From: a virus
Taxonomy: Duplodnaviria > Caudoviricetes
Direction: 5' to 3' (one strand)
Length of the DNA stretch: 35,535 nucleotides
IMG/VR virus record: IMGVR_UViG_3300022074_003403
Location: 1-35,535 of that record
This document shows positions 1 through 11,019 of this stretch, piece by piece; within the stretch, counting starts at the first letter, position 1; the number at the start of each line of letters is the position of its first letter. The notes beneath the pieces are model-generated. The model was not told the DNA's origin and did not search any database. It worked only from the letters and a program-made list of their open reading frames with translations. The position numbers and the translations under genes are program-made.

Positions 1-88
1 AGTCGCAGTTTTGTTTAGCTTCCTTGAGCATGACTATGTGGCCAGAATGACATAAGTCAAACGCTCCACAAGTGAAGCCTGTACGCAT
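1..88 (-). CDS. Cytidylyltransferase-like (HxGH nucleotidyltransferase, TagD-like), 5' part only; runs off the window edge
   Basis: Not in the ORF track. ATG at 88 overlaps the upstream stop (TAATG); reads MRTGFTCGAFDLCHSGHIVMLKEAKQNCD, with the GxFDxxHxGH signature. Confidence 0.85.
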   Translation of the reverse strand, partial: MRTGFTCGAFDLCHSGHIVMLKEAKQNCD

Positions 89-858
89 TAGACAAATTGA
101 ATCCAAGTACTATAACCTGCGTTATTTTGTCCACTTATGGAAAAGTACCTTGATGTCGGTGTTGTCCCAAGACTTACATTTTCATATTTATAAACTATTC
201 TACTAAAAGATGTATAAACACTGTCTGCGTCTGTTCTGTTAAAAGTTCCAGATATTCCAAGACTTGTATAATCAAGAGGTTGAGTTGCTTCTCCATCAAA
301 CTTAAATCTTAATGATGTCCAGTCTGTATCAGTGGTCTGCGCTCCACTTCCTTCAAAACATAAATAGACATCTGATTGACTAGCAAAACCACTTAGAAAA
401 GTATCTGTCAATACAGCACTTAGCCATTTATTAGAATCAAACCCACTATTAAAATGACTAAAAGGTTTCGCTGCTGTTGTGTAATTATTATCGCCATCCC
501 ATAATTCACCAGATTGTGAGGTTGTCCCATTGTTTGTAGCACCTTGCATACCACCTGTAGTGGCCCATCCAGTTAATGAATGTGTGACGGCACTTTTACC
601 AGAACCAGTTGTATATGATCTAATAGCATTTGTTTGGATAATTCTTACGGATGATCTGTAGTCATTGTATTGTCTTGTGCTTCCTGCAGGTTGTTGAGTC
701 CTTAATGTAGTTGAACCATTTGCCACTGGTGATCTGTCAGCGTAGGTATCTTGAGTAGTAATACTGACGGAACTACCTCTTCCATTTGTGTCTCTTGTAT
801 CTTCAAAGACATCGCCTATGCCATCTGCTTGTATATTGTTTTGTGATATTTTTGTCAT
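88..858 (-). CDS. Hypothetical protein, Ser/Thr/Gly-rich, probably virion-associated
   Basis: 256-aa ORF translationally coupled to both neighbours; composition typical of beta-rich fibre-associated proteins; no recognised motif. Confidence 0.6.
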   Translation of the reverse strand: MTKISQNNIQADGIGDVFEDTRDTNGRGSSVSITTQDTYADRSPVANGSTTLRTQQPAGSTRQYNDYRSSVRIIQTNAIRSYTTGSGKSAVTHSLTGWATTGGMQGATNNGTTSQSGELWDGDNNYTTAAKPFSHFNSGFDSNKWLSAVLTDTFLSGFASQSDVYLCFEGSGAQTTDTDWTSLRFKFDGEATQPLDYTSLGISGTFNRTDADSVYTSFSRIVYKYENVSLGTTPTSRYFSISGQNNAGYSTWIQFV

Positions 859-1508
859 TTTAAGGGTCTTACTGTTTTAATTGTTGTTGTTGCTTGTTGT
901 AATATTTTTATAGTTTCAGCAGCTTTAGTTGAGCCATCCTCTGTTGGAATAACATTAACTTCTTCTGAATCAATATCATACACCTCTTCTTCCTCAGTCT
1001 GAACATGATTATCATAATCAAATAGAGCAGGACTGCCTTGTGCTGTTATTGCTCTGAATGACAAAGACCCACCTTGCGTGGACCAGAATACCATCTTATC
1101 AGCGCCTACTGATTTCATTAATGTTGCTTGTGGTGTAAAAAAATCTGTTGTAAAAGAATATGCTTTTGACCCATCAATCTTACCGACCAGAGCATGACAA
1201 TAATTGTAAGAGTTATCTGCTGAATCAAAATAACATGCTGACATCATACATAGAACATTATCTTTATAAGTGGCCAAACAGTAATGAGTGTAGGTACTCT
1301 TATCAATAATATCGCTATTTGAAAATGATCTCATTATAGATACCCAGTGATCTAATTTGTCTTCGTCACTTAGTTCTGTATCTGAATTATATATATAATT
1401 ACCATTCTCAATGTATGCCTTTGAGTCATCATATATTCTTTCAAAGTCTTTGCTATCTATGAGTTCGTCAAGTTCACTTAGAGTTAGATGTTTGCAAGTG
1501 TAAGACAT
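855..1508 (-). CDS. Hypothetical protein
   Basis: 217-aa ORF coupled to the fibre gene (TAATG) and to the next gene (ATGA overlap). Confidence 0.65.
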   Translation of the reverse strand: MSYTCKHLTLSELDELIDSKDFERIYDDSKAYIENGNYIYNSDTELSDEDKLDHWVSIMRSFSNSDIIDKSTYTHYCLATYKDNVLCMMSACYFDSADNSYNYCHALVGKIDGSKAYSFTTDFFTPQATLMKSVGADKMVFWSTQGGSLSFRAITAQGSPALFDYDNHVQTEEEEVYDIDSEEVNVIPTEDGSTKAAETIKILQQATTTIKTVRPLK

Positions 1509-4500
1509 TAATCTTCCTCAAGTTTTTTAATCCTCTCATTTAAGTCGTCAAACCCATGTAGGTCTTCTAATCCTTTTGGAGAGTGTGAATCTATGGCAAG
1601 TTCTTTGATTGCTTCTATAAGTAGAGGAATCAATTTATCATACCAAACAGTAAGGTATTTATCGTCTATAGGAGCGCTTGTGACCACCTCTGGCAAGACC
1701 TTTTGTACTTCTTGAGCGCTAACACCAACCTGCAATAAATCGTTGTCATAGCCAAGCTCCTTAGCTGTTTCATTTTCTGTAAAGTAATAACCATTGAGCT
1801 GCATAACTTTCTCTATGGCATTGACTATTGTGCCTTCAAAATCTTTTAATCTTTCATCTGAATAGAAAGCAGTTATATTATTTGTCGCTCTGATCTCACC
1901 TGCTGTACCACTTGCGTTTGTATTTATACCTAAGCTATTGACTCTTGCATTTGAGTTTGTGGTGAATGAACCACTTGGTCCAGTAGGTCCTGTTGGCCCA
2001 GACGGCCCAGTTGGTCCTGTAGGACCTGCAGGACCAGTAGGTCCAGTTGGACCAGTTCCACCTGTACCACCATTACTTCCTGCTTGACCTTTCTGCCCTT
2101 TACTTCCTGTTGGACCTGTCGGACCAGTAGGTCCTGTCGGTCCTGTACCACCACCTGCTCCTTGCTGACCTTTCTGACCTTTCTGTCCTGTAGGACCTGT
2201 TCCACCATTACTACCTGCTTGTCCTTTCTGTCCTTTAGAACCTGTAGGTCCTGTAGGTCCAGTAGGTCCAGTAGGCCCTGTTGGTCCAGTTCCACCACCT
2301 GCTCCTTGTTGTCCCTTTTGTCCTTTCTGTCCAGTTGACCCAGTACCACCTGCTTGTCCTTTCTGACCCTTCGCTCCAGTAGGTCCATTTGGTCCAGTTG
2401 GTCCTGTACCACCAGTTGGTCCAGTGCCACCAGTAGAACCAGTCTGTCCTTTTTGACCCTTACTTCCTGTAGGTCCAGTTCCACCTGTTGGACCAGTTCC
2501 ACCAGTTGGGCCTGTAGGTCCAGTAGGTCCTGTACCACCAGTACTTCCTGTTTGACCTTTTTGTCCCTTAGAACCATTACTACCATTACTACCATTAGGT
2601 CCTGTCGGCCCTGTAGGACCAGTAGGACCTGTACCACCTGTTTGACCTTTCTGACCTTTTGAACCTGTTGGTCCAGTTGAACCAGTCGGTCCTGTTCCAC
2701 CAGTATTACCTGTCTGGCCTTTCTGACCTTTTGAACCTGTAGGTCCTGTTGAGCCAGTTGGACCTGTTGAACCTGTATTACCAGTCTGACCTTTCTGTCC
2801 CTTAGAACCTGTTGGCCCAGTGCTTCCAGTAGGACCTGTTCCACCTGTAGAACCAGTGCTTCCTGTTTGACCTTTTTGACCTTTACTACCAGTCGGACCA
2901 GTTGAGCCAGTTGGGCCTGTCCCACCAGTATTACCAGTTTGTCCCTTTTGTCCTTTAGAACCAGTTGGCCCTGTTCCACCAGTTGGACCTGTTGGACCTG
3001 TTCCACCAGTAGGTCCTGTAGAACCAGTTGAACCCACTTCACCTTTCTGGCCTTTACTTCCATTTGAGCCGTTGCTTCCAGAAGGACCTGTCGGACCTGT
3101 TGGACCAGTACCACCTGTAGAACCTGTTTGTCCTTTCTGGCCTTTGCTTCCGTCATTTCCTGTAGGGCCAGTCGGTCCTGTAGAACCAGTACTACCTGTA
3201 GTTCCTGTCTGTCCCTTTTGGCCTTTGCTTCCAGTAGGGCCTGTTGGTCCAGTATTACCAGTATCTCCTGTTGGACCAGTATTGCCGACTTCTCCTTTTT
3301 GTCCTTTTGAGCCTGTAGGACCAGTGCCACCTGTAGGCCCTGTACTACCAGTGTTTCCTGTAGTACCCTTTTGACCTTTATCACCTTGGCTTCCTGTCGG
3401 TCCAGTACTTCCTGTCGGTCCAGTACCACCAGTCTGTCCCTTCTGTCCTTTAGAGCCGTCACTTCCGTCATTACCATTTGGACCTGTCGGACCTGTTGGA
3501 CCTGTTGAACCAGTGTTTCCAGTAGTTCCTTTTTGTCCTTTATCGCCTGTAGAACCTGTATTTCCTGTTGGGCCTGTAGAGCCTTGTGGTCCAGTAGACC
3601 CTACCTCACCCTTCTGTCCCTTACTTCCGTTGCTTCCTGCGCTTCCTGTTTCTCCCTTCTGCCCTTTTGAACCTGTTGGTCCTTGTATAGAACCACCACT
3701 TGTAAAAGAAGAACCATTATAAATATGAAGGCTATCGTCAGTTTGTACTATGTAGGCGTCACCTTGACTTGGTGTTGGACTTGAAGGTAGCGCTCCTGTA
3801 TTGGCGACTTGCCCTTTGAAAGTGATACCAGTTCCAGTAGAACCTGTAGGACCTGTCGGTCCATCTGTACCAGTGACACCCTTCTGTCCTTTCTCACCTT
3901 TACTTCCATCATTACCATCCGAACCACTAGGACCAGTATTACCAGTTGGACCAGTATTACCTGTTGAGCCTGTAGTACCTTTCTGACCTTTGTCTCCTGC
4001 TGCTCCAGTTGGTCCAGTATTTCCTGTCGGCCCAGTGCTACCTGTATTACCAGTCTGACCCTTCTGTCCTTTATCTCCATCGCTACCATTATTACCTGTA
4101 GGGCCAGTACTACCAGTAGGGCCAGTTCCACCTGTCTGGCCTTTTTGACCTTTATCTCCTGCTGAACCTGTACTACCAGTATTACCAGTGACACCGACCT
4201 CACCTTTCTGACCTTTGTCTCCACCACTTCCTTGTGAGCCAGTATTACCTGTAGTACCTTTTTGACCTTTACTACCTGTTGAACCAGAAGGTCCTGTCGG
4301 TCCGTCATTACCAGTAATTCCGATCTCGCCTTTCTGACCCTTATCACCAGTAGTTCCTACTTCACCTTTTTGGCCCTTGCTACCATCTGAGCCATCGTTT
4401 CCATTATTACCTGCAGGACCAGTATTTCCTGTTGTTCCTTTCTGACCTTTATCACCAGAAGCACCAGTGTTCCCAGTCGGACCAGTTGAACCTGTAGGAC

Positions 4501-6631
4501 CTGTAGAACCTGTACTTCCTACTTCACCTTTTTGTCCTTTACTTCCGTCACTACCATCATTTCCGTCACTACCAGAAGGACCAGTTGGCCCTGTATTTCC
4601 TGTAGTTCCAGTCTGTCCTTTCTGACCCTTATCGCCAGTAGAACCTTGTGGTCCTGTTCCACCAGTAGGCCCAGTAGACCCTTCTACACCTTTTTGACCC
4701 TTATCACCTGTCGGCCCTGTTGGCCCTGTTGGTCCTGTATCTCCTTGTGGTCCTTGACTTCCTGTAGGACCTGTAGGTCCACTTGGTCCAGTGTTTCCTG
4801 TTGGTCCTGTATTTCCTGTTGGTCCTGTTGAACCTGTATTACCTGTACTTCCAGTATCTCCTTTTTGTCCCTTATCTCCACCACTACCTGTAGGTCCGTC
4901 TGGTCCTGTAGGTCCAGTACTACCTTGTGACCCTGTAGAACCAGTTGTACCCTTTTGTCCTTTGTCTCCGTCTGAACCACTAGGCCCACTTGGTCCAGTT
5001 GAGCCTTGAGAACCAGTGCTTCCTGTTTCTCCTTTCTGTCCTTTATCACCACCACTTCCTGTTGGCCCTGCGTTGCCTTGCGCTCCGTCTTCACCTTTCT
5101 GTCCTTTGTCTCCAACATTACCTTGAGGTCCTGTACTTCCACCTGCTCCTGTCGGTCCTGTTGGACCAGTGACTCCAATCTCACCTTTCTGACCCTTATC
5201 TCCGTCAGTGCCGTCAGTACCATTACTTCCGTTTGACCCTGCTACACCTTTCTGTCCTTTGTCTCCTGCAGTACCACCACTTCCCTGCGCTCCTTGTGGG
5301 CCTGTAGGTCCAGTAGAACCATCTTGTCCTGCTTCACCCTTCTGGCCTTTTGACCCATCGCTGCCATCGTTCCCATCGTTTCCTGCAGGTCCTTGGCTAC
5401 CTGTTGAACCAGTCTGTCCTTTTTCACCTTTGTCGCCAGTTATAGACTGACCATCTTGTCCTTTCTGTCCTTTGCTACCATCTGAGCCATCATTACCTGC
5501 AGGTCCAGTCGGTCCTGTAGAACCAGTCGGACCACTAGGTCCTGTACTTCCAGTAGGACCAGTTGAGCCAGTATCACCTGTTGTACCCTTCTGACCTTTG
5601 TCTCCGTCTGTTCCTGCGCTTCCTGTTGAACCAGTAGTACCTTTCTGTCCCTTAGAACCAGTATCACCAATGTCACCAGTTCTAGCAAAAGTCACAATAA
5701 GTTCTTCGCCATTTGAGAATGATGTTGCTCCAGATAGATAAGATACTGGGACTTTGAAATATCCTGTTGCTTCTGTTATAGCTCCACCAATCTGGAATAA
5801 GACAAAGTCAGTGGCGTCTGTTTTATTGGATATTCTTACATGGCCTTTTATAGTAGATGTTGAGTCATCTATTGTTCTAAGGTATGCCTGTATATCAGTT
5901 GAACTTTGATCTTCGTCATCAATAAATAATTGATTGGCGCTTGATAAATTTGCATTGTTGAATTTTAGTAGACCTGCTGTTGGGTCACTATCTGCTGTAT
6001 TGGTAGAAAAATTATAATTAACTGTCTGGCCACCAAAGTTTCCTTCTACACCTTTGAGACCTTTCTGGCCCTTGTCTCCTTTGCTTCCTGTACTACCTGT
6101 ACTACCAGTGCTACCAGTGACACCTATTTCACCCTTCTGACCCTTGTCACCTGTATTACCAGTGACACCTACTTCTCCTTTTTGTCCTTTGCTTCCTTCT
6201 GCTCCAGTGTTTCCAGTAGTTCCTGTCTGGCCCTTCTGACCCTTGTCTCCTGTCGCTCCAGTATCTCCAGTAGTTCCCTTTTGACCTTTATCCCCAGTAG
6301 AACCAGTTGGTCCAGTTGGTCCAGTGTTTCCTGTATTTCCTGTTGTTCCTTTCTGTCCTTTGTCACCCTTGTCTCCTTGTGAACCTGTCGGACCTGTACT
6401 ACCTGTAGAACCTGTTGAACCAGTAGGACCACTTGGCCCTGTCACACCTATTTCACCTTTTTGGCCTTTATCTCCTGTTGAACCTGTAGGCCCTGCAACA
6501 GAACTTGCAGCTCCGACAGCTCCTTTCTCACCCTTCTGACCTGCTCCACCAGTAGCACCTTGCGTTGCTACAGTGACAACAGATATATCATTTGGGCCAG
6601 TTATGGTTATGCTTTTGACTAGATCACTCAT
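1508..6631 (-). CDS. Giant collagen-like (Gly-X-Y) fibre protein with C-terminal peptidase S74 intramolecular chaperone
   Basis: Long GXY runs ([13 protein letters not shown]), two globular interruptions, and a C-terminal FYSDERLK...[15 protein letters not shown]...[15 protein letters not shown] typical of S74 chaperones. Confidence 0.93.
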   Translation of the reverse strand: MSDLVKSITITGPNDISVVTVATQGATGGAGQKGEKGAVGAASSVAGPTGSTGDKGQKGEIGVTGPSGPTGSTGSTGSTGPTGSQGDKGDKGQKGTTGNTGNTGPTGPTGSTGDKGQKGTTGDTGATGDKGQKGQTGTTGNTGAEGSKGQKGEVGVTGNTGDKGQKGEIGVTGSTGSTGSTGSKGDKGQKGLKGVEGNFGGQTVNYNFSTNTADSDPTAGLLKFNNANLSSANQLFIDDEDQSSTDIQAYLRTIDDSTSTIKGHVRISNKTDATDFVLFQIGGAITEATGYFKVPVSYLSGATSFSNGEELIVTFARTGDIGDTGSKGQKGTTGSTGSAGTDGDKGQKGTTGDTGSTGPTGSTGPSGPTGSTGPTGPAGNDGSDGSKGQKGQDGQSITGDKGEKGQTGSTGSQGPAGNDGNDGSDGSKGQKGEAGQDGSTGPTGPQGAQGSGGTAGDKGQKGVAGSNGSNGTDGTDGDKGQKGEIGVTGPTGPTGAGGSTGPQGNVGDKGQKGEDGAQGNAGPTGSGGDKGQKGETGSTGSQGSTGPSGPSGSDGDKGQKGTTGSTGSQGSTGPTGPDGPTGSGGDKGQKGDTGSTGNTGSTGPTGNTGPTGNTGPSGPTGPTGSQGPQGDTGPTGPTGPTGDKGQKGVEGSTGPTGGTGPQGSTGDKGQKGQTGTTGNTGPTGPSGSDGNDGSDGSKGQKGEVGSTGSTGPTGSTGPTGNTGASGDKGQKGTTGNTGPAGNNGNDGSDGSKGQKGEVGTTGDKGQKGEIGITGNDGPTGPSGSTGSKGQKGTTGNTGSQGSGGDKGQKGEVGVTGNTGSTGSAGDKGQKGQTGGTGPTGSTGPTGNNGSDGDKGQKGQTGNTGSTGPTGNTGPTGAAGDKGQKGTTGSTGNTGPTGNTGPSGSDGNDGSKGEKGQKGVTGTDGPTGPTGSTGTGITFKGQVANTGALPSSPTPSQGDAYIVQTDDSLHIYNGSSFTSGGSIQGPTGSKGQKGETGSAGSNGSKGQKGEVGSTGPQGSTGPTGNTGSTGDKGQKGTTGNTGSTGPTGPTGPNGNDGSDGSKGQKGQTGGTGPTGSTGPTGSQGDKGQKGTTGNTGSTGPTGGTGPTGSKGQKGEVGNTGPTGDTGNTGPTGPTGSKGQKGQTGTTGSTGSTGPTGPTGNDGSKGQKGQTGSTGGTGPTGPTGPSGSNGSNGSKGQKGEVGSTGSTGPTGGTGPTGPTGGTGPTGSKGQKGQTGNTGGTGPTGSTGPTGSKGQKGQTGSTGSTGGTGPTGSTGPTGSKGQKGQTGNTGSTGPTGSTGPTGSKGQKGQTGNTGGTGPTGSTGPTGSKGQKGQTGGTGPTGPTGPTGPNGSNGSNGSKGQKGQTGSTGGTGPTGPTGPTGGTGPTGGTGPTGSKGQKGQTGSTGGTGPTGGTGPTGPNGPTGAKGQKGQAGGTGSTGQKGQKGQQGAGGGTGPTGPTGPTGPTGPTGSKGQKGQAGSNGGTGPTGQKGQKGQQGAGGGTGPTGPTGPTGPTGSKGQKGQAGSNGGTGGTGPTGPTGPAGPTGPTGPSGPTGPTGPSGSFTTNSNARVNSLGINTNASGTAGEIRATNNITAFYSDERLKDFEGTIVNAIEKVMQLNGYYFTENETAKELGYDNDLLQVGVSAQEVQKVLPEVVTSAPIDDKYLTVWYDKLIPLLIEAIKELAIDSHSPKGLEDLHGFDDLNERIKKLEED
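1970..6560 (-). repeat. Degenerate collagen-coding repeat region (9-nt periodicity)
   Basis: Recurring plus-strand units such as CCTGTAGGA/CCAGTTGGT and CCTTTCTGACCTTT; synonymous variation between units. Confidence 0.9.
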
Positions 6632-6981
6632 TATCTACTCACACTTCCTCGTACAGAAAAAGTACCTTCTAATATTCTATCTACCTTGGCATTAGAATCG
6701 GTTAATTTTAGATCATAGACTCCATCGCCTACGGCCATACTTGATGTATCACTTGCTGATATTTCTAATACTATAGTCCCATTACTTCCACCCATAGTCA
6801 CTCTATTGTTTGCTACAGTGAGGGTAAGAACTTCCGAACTATCATCTTGATTTCTTCTCAAGTCCATTTCTGCTGAGAAGCCTGTAAGATTTATGAGTGA
6901 ATCTGCAGAGTCTTTAAGCGTTAGAGTATGCTTAAATGTAGCACCCTGCTCAATGATAAAATGAAAAAAACCTGCACTCAT
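6631..6981 (-). CDS. Small phage structural/adaptor protein (IEQGATF-type beta-sandwich)
   Basis: IEQGATF...[13 protein letters not shown]...GVYDL...RILEGTF pattern, commonly found just upstream of fibre genes; coupled to the fibre gene. Confidence 0.7.
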   Translation of the reverse strand: MSAGFFHFIIEQGATFKHTLTLKDSADSLINLTGFSAEMDLRRNQDDSSEVLTLTVANNRVTMGGSNGTIVLEISASDTSSMAVGDGVYDLKLTDSNAKVDRILEGTFSVRGSVSR

Positions 6982-7079
6982 ATAATATTCCTAGTTTATA
7001 TATGACTGCTGTCATAAACTTTAGCGTCTGCTTTAATTACTATACCACCCTTTTAGATGGCTATGTACCTATGAGTGTC

Positions 7080-7439
7080 CTAGCTTTTTTTCTTGGTAGA
7101 TTTCTTTGCTGTAGATTTTTTCTTAGATGATTTCTTGACTGGCGCTTCACCACCTTCCCATGCTTCATTGACATCTGGTGTACTAGGGTCATCGCCTTTC
7201 AATGTACCATCTTCGTTTCTTGCTCTTTTGATCTCAGCTTCTACTTCTACTGTTTCGTCAGCAGAGTCTACCTTGACTTCCATGGCCCATCCATTTTGCA
7301 CAAACTGTTCCATATTAGAATTCATGACATCATTGTCAGCTTCTATTATTGAATCAGCTTTCATTAACTGGACATCCATACCATGCTCATCAACAGCGCA
7401 TGGCTTCGGTACTAAAATTTTGTATTTCTTATTTGCCAT
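7080..7439 (-). CDS. Hypothetical head-associated protein with Lys-rich tail
   Basis: AAGGA RBS; RARNEDGTLKGDDPSTPDVNEAW motif and KKSSKKKSTAKKSTKKKS tail; follows the capsid genes. Confidence 0.7.
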   Translation of the reverse strand: MANKKYKILVPKPCAVDEHGMDVQLMKADSIIEADNDVMNSNMEQFVQNGWAMEVKVDSADETVEVEAEIKRARNEDGTLKGDDPSTPDVNEAWEGGEAPVKKSSKKKSTAKKSTKKKS

Positions 7440-7450
7440 ATTAATTCCTT

Positions 7451-7480
7451 AATAAAATGAGGTGGCCCTAAGACCACCTC
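7451..7480 (-). terminator. Intrinsic terminator after the capsid/decoration genes
   Basis: Minus strand GAGGTGGTC-TTAG-GGCCACCTC followed by ATTTTATT. Confidence 0.7.
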
Positions 7481-7490
7481 GTAAGTTCAA

Positions 7491-7940
7491 TTATGAACTA
7501 GAGCTACTGTCAGCTCCACCTGCATGTCTAGGTACGCCTTTAAGAATCATAGCACCCATAGGTGTCCCACTTGAATGAGAACCTGTAAAGTCTGCTACTA
7601 CTCTAATATAACGCTTACCACCGACATAACCGATAGCTGCTATAGCAGGAGCTTCTGCGTTGTCATCAAAGGTTGCGAAGATTCCATTAGAATCTACACT
7701 TCCGTCAGTGACATCTAGTGAAGAGCTTACTGCTGAGTAAGAACTGTCATCGTCAGAATGTTCCAATTTGAAATCAATCTTGACAGACGAACTCAGTGTA
7801 TCGCCTTCTGCTCCAACATCAACTATAGCCATAGCACCTTCAAAGAATTGTAGGTCTACTCCAGTACCATTGGCGTCAGCAGTTCTGACTGCAGGAGCTA
7901 GTGATTGAACACCGATTAGATTATTTGCTAAATCTTTCAT
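7491..7940 (-). CDS. Capsid decoration/cement protein (Bbp16-like beta-sandwich)
   Basis: Directly after the major capsid gene; NGTGVDL...LEHSDD...GYVGGKRYIRVV pattern; GAGGAG RBS. Confidence 0.7.
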   Translation of the reverse strand: MKDLANNLIGVQSLAPAVRTADANGTGVDLQFFEGAMAIVDVGAEGDTLSSSVKIDFKLEHSDDDSSYSAVSSSLDVTDGSVDSNGIFATFDDNAEAPAIAAIGYVGGKRYIRVVADFTGSHSSGTPMGAMILKGVPRHAGGADSSSSS

Positions 7941-7957
7941 ATCTATTTACTCCTCGC

Positions 7958-9172
7958 TTACGCTGATATTTTAAGTTTTGTTAATGCTTCTGGAAGGACT
8001 ACCTGTCCACCAACTCTTCTTCTTGCAACATATCTTACATTACCAGAAGTAGCTTGTGTGAATGGGTCTCTCAGAACAGCTAATGCTACTCTGTCCACTA
8101 TCATATATGCTCTTGCAAAATCACCAAAGGCGACTGGAAAAGCATTACCTGCAACATTAGGCATGTCACTAGCTTCCACATAGTTATAACCTAAGATAGT
8201 AGCTGTAGCTCCACCTTGTAGGTTCATCCCTGCTTGGAATACATATTGACCTGCAGTGTCTTTCAGTTTTCTGATAGCTGCTAATGTGTTTCTATTAAAT
8301 ACAAACACACCATTTCTTCCGTACTCACTCTTAATGTTATGAACTAAAGAGATCAAAGAGTCAGCCGTTATAGCTGTACCACTTCCACTATTTACTTCAC
8401 TCACACTTGAGTTAGTCATAAATCCTTCTGGCTTACCAACAGCGTCACCAGAAACAAAAGCTGCGCCTTCTGCTTTCGCAAACTGCTCAGAGAACTCAGA
8501 TTGCATTTCTGCTTCTAAGTCAAATACTGTATCTTCTAAGTCTTGCTCAGAAATATCTACAAGAGCGTAATGCTCATGCGCAGGTATCTCTTCAAGGCCT
8601 ACTTGATAACCAGTAGTCTCACTTCTAGTACCACTCTCAGCCACCCATTGGGCTGCGAATTGTCCAGTTCTTTTAGGAATCTGGATACTTCTTTGTCCTG
8701 TACTTCTGACTTTACCGATAGAACGGATAGGTGAGATTTCAGTCACATCCTTAATCAGTTCTCTCACATACTCTGGTGGTGCTAAATAACCACCTGTAGA
8801 GTCATTAGATACAGTTAATGCTTTTTTCTCGTCTGGAGTCAGAGCTTCTGCGCCCTTTCTGCAGTACAAATCAAAAGCCTTAGTTAGCTCATCAACTTGC
8901 TTAGATTCAAAACCAGAGTTTGGTCTGCTTAATACAGTCTCTAGTTTATCAACTTGCTCCTTAATGGCATTTTGGCTTTGCTCTGCTTTAGTTAATTGTT
9001 GATTAACTTCTTCAAGAGAATCTAACTTAGATTCAATCTTCGCCATCTTCTCGTCAAGAACAGCAGTGCTTTCACCTTTCTCTAGCTTTTCAAGTCTTTC
9101 GTCATTGACCTTCTTAAATTCATTGAAGGTTGATCCCATTTCTTGAATAGCGTTTTTTACATCTTCCGACAT
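7958..9172 (-). CDS. HK97-family major capsid protein
   Basis: N-terminal coiled-coil delta domain, GGYLAPPE, AQWVAE, GxGKPEG, AFGDF, RRVGG motifs; AGGAG RBS. Confidence 0.97.
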   Translation of the reverse strand: MSEDVKNAIQEMGSTFNEFKKVNDERLEKLEKGESTAVLDEKMAKIESKLDSLEEVNQQLTKAEQSQNAIKEQVDKLETVLSRPNSGFESKQVDELTKAFDLYCRKGAEALTPDEKKALTVSNDSTGGYLAPPEYVRELIKDVTEISPIRSIGKVRSTGQRSIQIPKRTGQFAAQWVAESGTRSETTGYQVGLEEIPAHEHYALVDISEQDLEDTVFDLEAEMQSEFSEQFAKAEGAAFVSGDAVGKPEGFMTNSSVSEVNSGSGTAITADSLISLVHNIKSEYGRNGVFVFNRNTLAAIRKLKDTAGQYVFQAGMNLQGGATATILGYNYVEASDMPNVAGNAFPVAFGDFARAYMIVDRVALAVLRDPFTQATSGNVRYVARRRVGGQVVLPEALTKLKISA

Positions 9173-9184
9173 ATTAATCTCCTA

Positions 9185-10093
9185 TTAAGATTTTAAGGTT
9201 AAAGTTAAGTTTTTTATGGCGTCTACCAGTTCAGCCGTAGAGTCAGCGTCTCGCTGACCAAAAGACTTGTGTACTGCTGCTGCAGCCACTTTTGCTTCTG
9301 AACGAGATAATGCGAAAGCGTCTCGCAGTCCATTCTCCCACTCCCTAACGGAAATACTATCACCCTTGACACTCCTAATCTTCGCTTTCGGATTCATAGG
9401 GAAGGTCACAAGTGATACTTCCATAAGTTCTACTTCTTTGATAATACGCTTTCTTGAGCGCTTATCGTATGAAACTTCGTCTGGATTTACACGGAAGCCT
9501 ATGCTTAGGCCATCCAATGCACCCATCTTCATTAATTCGTATGCTTCTTTCCCTGCTTGTGTTTGCAGAGCTAGTCTTCCTTTTACATAAAGACCATGTC
9601 CGTCTTCTTTGATTTCATCAAAAACACCGATAGGCATTTCTGATTTATGTTGATATAGAAGTTTTACATCTTTTGGTTTTTTACGCTTTAGTGATTTTGC
9701 AAAAGCGCCAGATTGAATTACATCATTCCCTAAATCTTTATTGCCAAAGACAGAACCATACCCTTCAAACTTTCCATATTGTTTGTCTTCGTCTTCATCC
9801 TCATCGTGGTACGCTTTGATCTCGGCTTTGACTTCTTGATGTTCTTCTTCTTGTCGGACATCCATTCCGACTTTGTCTATGTATTCTTCGTGAGTCTTAC
9901 ATGGCATAAAGACTTCTTGTCCATCTTCGTCATGTGCATGTGTTCCTACACATCCTATTTCCTCAGCTCTGTCGGCTGCTTCTTTCTCAGTAGAGAATAC
10001 ATCCCTTCTGAGTTCTGCTTTTGAGTCATTAGATTCTTCTATTTCTTTAATATACCCACTGGTACTGACACTGCTTTCTAAATTACTTGCCAT
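9185..10093 (-). CDS. HK97-family prohead protease with an N-terminal Cys/His extension
   Basis: FEGYGSVFGNKD, LLYQH, GLSIGF, LMEVSLVTFPMN motifs; AGGAG RBS. Confidence 0.95.
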   Translation of the reverse strand: MASNLESSVSTSGYIKEIEESNDSKAELRRDVFSTEKEAADRAEEIGCVGTHAHDEDGQEVFMPCKTHEEYIDKVGMDVRQEEEHQEVKAEIKAYHDEDEDEDKQYGKFEGYGSVFGNKDLGNDVIQSGAFAKSLKRKKPKDVKLLYQHKSEMPIGVFDEIKEDGHGLYVKGRLALQTQAGKEAYELMKMGALDGLSIGFRVNPDEVSYDKRSRKRIIKEVELMEVSLVTFPMNPKAKIRSVKGDSISVREWENGLRDAFALSRSEAKVAAAAVHKSFGQRDADSTAELVDAIKNLTLTLKS

Positions 10094-10200
10094 GTGTCAT
10101 CTCCTAATAAAATGCTCTTGTCAATCATACCACTTAAAAACGAAGGTGCATAATCCTATATATAGTACTCCAACTCTGAAAAACGCACAATATATAGAGA

Positions 10201-11019
10201 TCAATCCTCTTCCATGTCTCTGGCGTCCAAATAAATTATATTACATCTGCAGTTTATAACATTCTTTGCACCACCTGCAGGGTCACCTGCATGTTTCATT
10301 CTTGCACCACCGACCTCAAACTTTTCACTCATATCTATACTTGGCTTTGCGTTCATCGCAAAATGATCTGGCCTTGTCCGTTCATCGTTTGTGGCCACCC
10401 ATTTCTTTTTCATTTCTATACCAGTATCGTCTTGGACTGTTTGATAATATTGGTCATGAGCAAAACTTGCAGCTCCATGAGTTTCTGTTCTTGCTATCAA
10501 AGCTGCTCTTCTCATTGTCAAAGCTCCAACTCTAGTCACAAGCGTCCTAGAAATCTCTGGGAGCGATTGTCCTTCTAATTGACCTTCTTCTATTATCTTC
10601 TTAATCTGTTCGCTTAGACGAGAGCTAAGGCCGTCTAAGAAGTCAATTCTACCAGTAAAGTATCTTGAAACTAATATATCTATATCTTGATTTCTACCAA
10701 AGACCAGAGCTTCTTGTTTCACACTAAAGTATCTTTGTTCATTACCCTCATAGATAACAGCAAAGATTCTTTTTATATGTTGCTGCATGATAGGTATTAA
10801 TGATTCTCTGAGCGCCATAGAAGCTGCTACTGGCTCGTAAACTCCAAACTCTCTATACATATAGGCTTGACCATTTAGCCACTTAGAGAAGACAGCACGA
10901 AGCTCTTTGAAGTTTCTTCTTTCTAATCTATCTCTGGTGACTCTGGCTTTCAGCGCTTCTCTTTGTATGCTTACTCTACCAAGTCTTATGTCATGAAATT
11001 GTTTCTTCTGTCGCTTCAT
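10201..11019 (-). CDS. Minor head morphogenesis protein (Mu gpF / SPP1 gp7 family)
   Basis: RAALIARTETH, KKWVATNDERTRPDH and INCRC motifs. Confidence 0.9.
   Translation of the reverse strand: MKRQKKQFHDIRLGRVSIQREALKARVTRDRLERRNFKELRAVFSKWLNGQAYMYREFGVYEPVAASMALRESLIPIMQQHIKRIFAVIYEGNEQRYFSVKQEALVFGRNQDIDILVSRYFTGRIDFLDGLSSRLSEQIKKIIEEGQLEGQSLPEISRTLVTRVGALTMRRAALIARTETHGAASFAHDQYYQTVQDDTGIEMKKKWVATNDERTRPDHFAMNAKPSIDMSEKFEVGGARMKHAGDPAGGAKNVINCRCNIIYLDARDMEED

Noticed and set aside
1930-6539. Many alternate-frame and antisense ORFs, including the 515-aa ORF at 1930-3477
   Set aside because: Shadows of the GXY codon periodicity, which suppresses stops; low-complexity translations and no RBS.
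1970-6560. Repeats resembling a CRISPR array or VNTR
   Set aside because: No constant repeat with unique spacers; variation is synonymous within a collagen ORF; no cas operon.
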